From contig OZ024750.1 in the NCBI GenBank assembly GCA_964016885.1, forward strand, positions 7,874,001 to 7,938,000: a DNA stretch of 64,000 nucleotides, in the 5' to 3' direction. Shown here piece after piece: positions 56,380 to 64,000 of the stretch. The stretch is from Eledone cirrhosa (Eukaryota). Each line of letters starts with the position of its first letter. Position 1 is the stretch's first letter. A model generated the notes under the pieces. That model did not search any database, was not told the DNA's origin, and saw only the letters and a list, made by a program, of their open reading frames with translations. The translations under genes and the position numbers were made by a program.

Positions 56380-58760
56380 GCATTGATATGAGACGGAATT
56401 AGCAAGGCATAACATTAATATTGCGATTCTCTCTGAGACACGCTTCCCTGAAGAAGCTGAGAGGTCATTTAACCAGGTACCGAGTACATATTCGTTTTAA
56501 AGAGGCGTGGAATCAAACAGTGAATCAAGCGTAGGTTTTGCTATAAATACCTCATTTGTTAATCAACTAGAAGAGTTAAACACAAGGTTTCTAGAATAGG
56601 AATATACAAGAAACGCTGTGCACTAAATACAAGTGTCTACGCTCTCATCCTATCGCATTTTAAGAGACTGTTAATTAATTCTATGCCACATTAAGCTTGA
56701 TTGCAAATTGTCTATTCTTGAGGATTTCAACGCCAGAGGAGGAAAAGTGAATTCAACCTGGTAATGCTTGGTCCACTACGAATGGGCAAGTGCAGTAATA
56801 ATTGTTTCTACTTTTGGCACAAGGCCAGCAAATACCCAGTGCATTACTGGTACTTCATTTTATCGTCCCCGTAAGGATGAAAGGCAAAGTTAATCTCGAA
56901 GTGCAGTAATAATAGAATAAAATTACTAACCGTTTTCACAGAGAATAACTTTACTATAGATATTACCGATTCCTGGTAAGAAATACACTTGGATACACCC
57001 TCACTCCAAATGTTGGCATCTCATAGGTTATTTACAAGTGAAAATCCTGTGATAATTATGCATGGGCAGATCATCACCTTGTAAAAGTTGATTTTAATTT
57101 ACATTAATGACTGAAAATATTGCTTCCCAACTCCCCCAAAGTTGAAATGTAAGGGTCTTGAAATCTACTGCCAAACAGACAGAATTTGAAAATACGGTAA
57201 TTGCTATCGCATTAAATCCTCATAATTTATGGTCGGACTTTAAAATAATAAGTGTTTGATGTAGCTTCATCTGTTCTTGGCTTTCAGAAGAAAAAGTATC
57301 ATGATTTGTTTGATGGCAATGATGAATAAATATCTCTCCTCCATTGTAGGAAATATGAGGTTTATAAAGTCCTATTAAATGCTGCAGGAGATAAATCCAT
57401 TCATGCAAGTTTAAGCCATAGATACAAGAACATCAAAGTATTTGTTCAACGTGAACTTCCTTTTATTGATGACAATCGATGGAAACAAATGGCATGCAAA
57501 GTAAAAGCTGCTGCAGATGAAAAAAAGATGCTAAATCCTTTTAGAGTTACGTACAAGAAATCTTTCGACTCTATCTAATGTTGCACCCATTTGATCTAAA
57601 GATGGTGGGATACTGCATAGAGTCATGGAATCTATACAAATACGCTGGATAGAAGGACAGTACTCTGAATTATTAAATAATCATTCAGTATATGACAGAT
57701 CTGTTATTTATCCATTACCTCAACTTCCGGCTATAACAGAATCAGCATTGCTCGAATTGAAGAAATAAAAACGTCTTTGCTGAACAGTGGTAAATCGCCT
57801 AGAATACATGTTTTTTTTTTTTTAGCAAGTTGGTGGAATTCATGTGGTCATTATGCTTCATAAAATAATTCGATATTGTGAGGCTATAATCATTCAGATT
57901 TCTTTGAGCTTTTTCGAAAAGCAATTGATGCATTTGTGGAACTAAAACAGCGTATCTGAGAAGAAAATGGAATTGAATTAGATACGAAGATTATAGTATG
58001 TCGTGCATTTCATTTATCCTCATTTCTCAGATATCTGGACAACACAGAAAGTTATTGGAAAGATTTCTTCAGAATTACCTCTGAAAAATCCTTACACACA
58101 GATACATTCCTGCACTAAGGAGCAAAGATATGTTGGAATCAATGATTGTGCTTAGTCACCTAAGATGACCAGGGTATTTTGTTCCTCTTTTTGGTAGCCT
58201 CATTCCTTGATAACCTTTCTACGGTGAACTACAGCTAAGAAAAAGATCGTGACGCAAGATTACGGTATAAAGATTCCTTAAAAGAAACAGTGAAGAAAGG
58301 GAAAACAGATTGTATCAACTGCTAAAGATAGAGTAGGCTGGAGAGGCAAAATGAAGCAGAATATGATTAACTTTGAAGAGGAAAGATTTGGAAAATCTAA
58401 ATTTAGTAAGGCTGCTTGAAAAGAGAAAAATATTTTCCCTTACTGGAAAAAATGATCTTACATTTTTCCCTTGTCCATATTTTAATAAGGTATGCTTGTC
58501 AAATGCAGATCTGAAATCCCATTTAAGATAGCATGATATAAGTCAATTTATATTTGACCCCAACCCAGAATTTATATATGTCAAATTTGCAAAACAGTAT
58601 GCCGATCAAGCACTGGCATTAAGAGTCATTACAAAACCTACAGAGCTGGAGATGATTCGGGGAAGAACACTTTGGTATTCATACTTTCTAAACTCAAACG
58701 CAAAACTTGTCAAAACATCTTTCGTTTCATGTCTCAAGTTAAGAGCCACGTACGATTAAT
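56380..58760 (+). pseudogene. Decayed RTE-BovB-like LINE (APE endonuclease, RT remnants, C-terminal C2H2 fingers)
   Basis: ELARHNINIAILSETR, VGFAI, EDFNAR, TWIHPHSKCWHLI, KKSFDSI, KAIDAF.ELKQRI, FYGEL, RYKDSLK, DRVGWR, CPYFNKVC..LKSHLR, CQICKTVC..GIKSH; many stops and frameshifts. Confidence 0.88.
56803..56898 (-). mobile_element. 5'-truncated MetaSINE-like copy nested in the RTE relic
   Basis: 15 bp TSD AAGTGCAGTAATAAT at 56788-56802 and 56899-56913. Confidence 0.9.
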
Positions 58761-58955
58761 CATTTTCTTCTCAATAGAATAAAGATTTGTACAATCAAGA
58801 AGAGAGAAGTGTCTTACTTGTTCATCGAGTGACAACAATTATATTTATATATATATATATATATATAGGTGCGTATATTTACACATACTTGCGTACATAA
58901 CTTTATATATATATATATGTAAAAGGTAAACAGAAATAGTAACACAATTGGTACA

Positions 58956-58993
<38 letters not shown>

Positions 58994-59536
58994 TCTTTTA
59001 CCTGTTCCAGCCATCCGGCTGAGGCCTTGCTGGAGCACCACCCTTGAAAAAAAAAAATATATATTTAGAAACTCATGTACGCAAGTATGTATAAATATAC
59101 GCAGCTAATACGATGACGCAAAACATATTAAACTCACGCCCGATAACCCCTTCTTTACACGTGTTCACTGATTCCCCACCATCTACATACTTTGATTGAT
59201 ATACGCAGCCTAACGATAAACTAATGAACGTACACAGTCACAAACCATACAACTCATACATATATACACACAGCGAGATTTTTACACATATACAGATATA
59301 CACCTGGAAAAGAAGCAACCACTAATATGATAAACCATACTCACGCACAGATGCCAACACTACTTATAAAACCAGGCACTCTACAACCACTACTGCACAT
59401 TCCACGGTAGCGTGTGCTATATATACCCTTACATGCTTCCATATTTTACCGCTTCTCATATATCTCTCTGTTTTTCATTTTTCTTCTTGTATACTTTTTC
59501 ATTTTCTTCCATTATTCTCTCATAAGTAACTTCATT

Positions 59537-59648
59537 CTTTCCTGATGAAACTCTAATGACAGACATGATGAAACATACGTAATCTTTTTCCCATAAGCGT
59601 AAAACTACTAAAGCTTTGCGCATTTGTCTACTCTTTTTACCTTGAGCT
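59537..59648 (+). mobile_element. Family E PLE-like 3' end with degenerate hammerhead
   Basis: CTGATGA..GAAAC-ATAC-GTA with no stem I pairing, then the AAGCGTAAAACTA tail before (TA)n. Confidence 0.5.
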
Positions 59649-60087
59649 ATATATATATATATATATATACAAATATAAATTTGCGAGAATCGTATTTCAG
59701 CTATTGGAAATTAGCGAAAAACAACTTCCGAGATGTGTGGCAAGCGCTCAATAAATTCTAACCTGGATGGTTGGTAAAATGCAGCATTTGGGTTTCTGCA
59801 ACTCCCAAATCAAGTACTGTCCGCTTAGACAAATAATGTTAAGCTTTTGGTAAGATGATTGAATAAGGAAGTCACTTTCTCAACAGGTTTTAGTTCAAGT
59901 GCCAGGCCAAGGATTGACCGTTACCAATACCCACGTGGGGCTCCGCAAGGGAGGCAACCCTTATTTTTGGCGGAATAATTCAGTGTGTAATATTGCAAAA
60001 TAGTAAAATATCAGAAAACGAATTAAGTTCTCAACAGAATGGTTTAAAAGTTAACAAATATATATATATATATATATATACACATAT

Positions 60088-60513
60088 CTAGGGCCGGTAA
60101 AATTCCCGAGATCCATGGACGAGTTCTCTCCAGCGGTCTCTGGCCCTCTTTATCGTTGACATGTCCTGCGTCTCCAAGAGACCAGTGTCTGTTCTTAGGG
60201 CATCAACATATATTAACCTCTGTCTTCCTCTTCCAGTGTGTCCATGCGGGGGCTCACACAGGAGCACTGAGTGCAGTGTCAACTCTGGATGTCGGTGAGC
60301 ATGTCCAGCCAACCTCAGCCTCCTCTCTGCCACTTTCGAGCTGACTTTTGGGAGGCTCCCGTACAGCTCTCTATACTGAGTAATGTTCAGAGCCATCTGA
60401 GATCGGTGTGAAAGTCAGACCTTCGTAAAAACCTGAAGATCCGTCTCTTGGTTGCTGTAGTGGAGTCTGTGGTGCTGTACGGGTCTGAGACGTGGACACT
60501 GACCAAGAAACTC
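60088..60513 (-). mobile_element. RTE-clade LINE 3' fragment with 5' inversion, in (TA)n
   Basis: Minus strand 60396-60088 reads MALNI..ELYG..RRLRLAGH..DRWRELV. Plus strand 60397-60513 reads KSDLRKNLKIRL..VESVVLYGSETWTLTKKL. Confidence 0.9.
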
Positions 60514-60514
60514 A

Positions 60515-60553
<39 letters not shown>

Positions 60554-60570
60554 ATGATGGATATATATAT

Positions 60571-60767
60571 GTGAGGGGAAATAGCCCGATACGTTGAGTA
60601 TGTAACTCACGCCCTTATTGTAAAAGCGTTAAACTAATATGACTTTATGTTAATGCATCCTCTTATTTATTCATTACTTGTATATATTTAAGCGGGAACC
60701 TTATACCAACACTGTTCGTAACTTCACTCCTTGTATTGTTTTTATTTTCAATTTTACAATATGTATA

Positions 60768-60770
<3 letters not shown>
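60571..60770 (+). mobile_element. Family E-like insert starting inside a hammerhead
   Basis: TGA-GGG-GAAATAG-CCC-GATACGTTG, then AAGCGTTAAACTAATA; flanked by (TA)n. Confidence 0.45.
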
Positions 60771-62826
<2,056 letters not shown>

Positions 62827-62936
62827 ACTCACAGACACACACATATAGACACACGAACTTGATTCAAAATATAGAGATGGTGGCTCCTCTAAAACAAATG
62901 TGACTGAAACCATACACACTCAACTTCTCACTGCCT

Positions 62937-62968
<32 letters not shown>

Positions 62969-63579
62969 CTCTACTCTCTCTCTCTCCCCCCCTCTCTCCT
63001 CTCCGTTCTTTCTCTCTTCATCATTCTCCCCTCTCCCTCTCTCTCTGACACAAACTCACACAAACTCACACACACTCCACTCACATTCTCAGTTTTCCTT
63101 ATCTTAATCACTCTCTCTCTCTGACACACACACGTACACACATTCACACACTCACACACGTACACATACACATACGTACACACACACAAACATACACACA
63201 CACACACATATATATATACTGTTGTTAAATAATATATACAATCGTTGTATCGGTGAAATACAGTTGCAGGATATGTTAAAAATGTTTAAACTTAAACATG
63301 TTATATTTCTTGGTTTTCCATTCTTAAATTTATTAGTCTTCGTTCTTTCTTTAATTATAAAATAGCAATGTTTAACTAAATGCCAACTCTGTCTATAGAA
63401 TATGTTTATAATCAATCTTCGAAAGTGTGAGCCAAATAGAATTAAACCTAATAGGTATCACTGACATCTCTCTCTCTCTCTCTCTCTGTCTGTGTCTCTC
63501 TCTCTCTCTCTCTGTATCTATCTCTCTCTGTCTCTCTCTCTCCCCCTCTATCTCTATGTGATCTTGTCTTTATTTTCAG

Positions 63580-63692
63580 TACTACTGAAGAAGGACTAAA
63601 TCCCAACACGTCGAACTTTCTTTCTCCTTTTCCATATAAAGCGTGAAACTAATAAGACTTTTTGTATCTCTGTTTTCTCGTTTCCTTCAACT
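63580..63692 (+). mobile_element. Family E PLE-like 3' end with broken hammerhead
   Basis: CTGAAGA-A-GGA-CTAAA-TCC-CAACACGTC, then the AAGCGTGAAACTAATA tail. Confidence 0.5.
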
Positions 63693-63804
63693 ATATATAT
63701 ATATAAGGATATATATATATATAAGGATGTCATACCTGAGAAAAACATGCGCCATACCCTCTGTAGAATAAGCTCCAAGATTCTAAGGGACATATTGGAG
63801 CATT

Positions 63805-63837
<33 letters not shown>

Positions 63838-63842
<5 letters not shown>

Positions 63843-64000
63843 GGGAGTCACGTATGGTCACTCAAGGACTCAAGTATAGGCTACTTCATTCAATGGAAAA
63901 CCATACGCAAGGGGAAATCCGACGTGTGGCTTATGTATTGACGAACGAATAACTATCCTAAAGAGATTACGCAATAGTGATTGCCTAAACACGAGAAGTG
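63838..64000 (+). pseudogene. Penelope-like element GIY-YIG C-terminal fragment (Naiad-like), runs off the window
   Basis: SHVWSLKDSSIGYFIQWKTI, then with frameshifts CGLCIDERITILK and CLNTRS. Matches the HxWxLK..W..CxLCxxE..LNxRxE pattern; begins at a (TA)n junction. Confidence 0.8.

Overview
AT-rich, microsatellite-saturated eukaryotic DNA that looks intronic or intergenic. The SINE repertoire and repeat landscape resemble an octopus/cephalopod genome (inference from recalled repeat families, not a search). No intact host CDS is supported: nearly all long ORFs in the track are (TA)n/(CA)n/(GTT)n/(CT)n artefacts. The window holds about 30 copies of a tRNA-derived MetaSINE-like family, several CORE-type SINEs, RTE and Tx1 LINE relics (including a ~2.4 kb decayed RTE-BovB), Penelope-like element (PLE) ORF fragments, and Tc1/mariner, hAT and piggyBac-type MITEs. 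The main observation is a dense population of about 20 type I hammerhead ribozyme motifs from at least 5 sequence families. Most lie in short PLE-like inserts in or beside (TA)n tracts, several have palindromic stem III loops, and truncation and inversion junctions repeatedly map into the ribozyme core. All motifs with an intact core and a plausible fold are on the minus strand. Other points of interest are a twin-priming-like 5' inversion in an RTE copy, a Tx1 family apparently targeting (TATC)n, a divergent inverted pair of a ~610 bp non-coding retroelement around a candidate exon, and a higher-order microsatellite with a ~229 bp period. All motif calls were made by eye.
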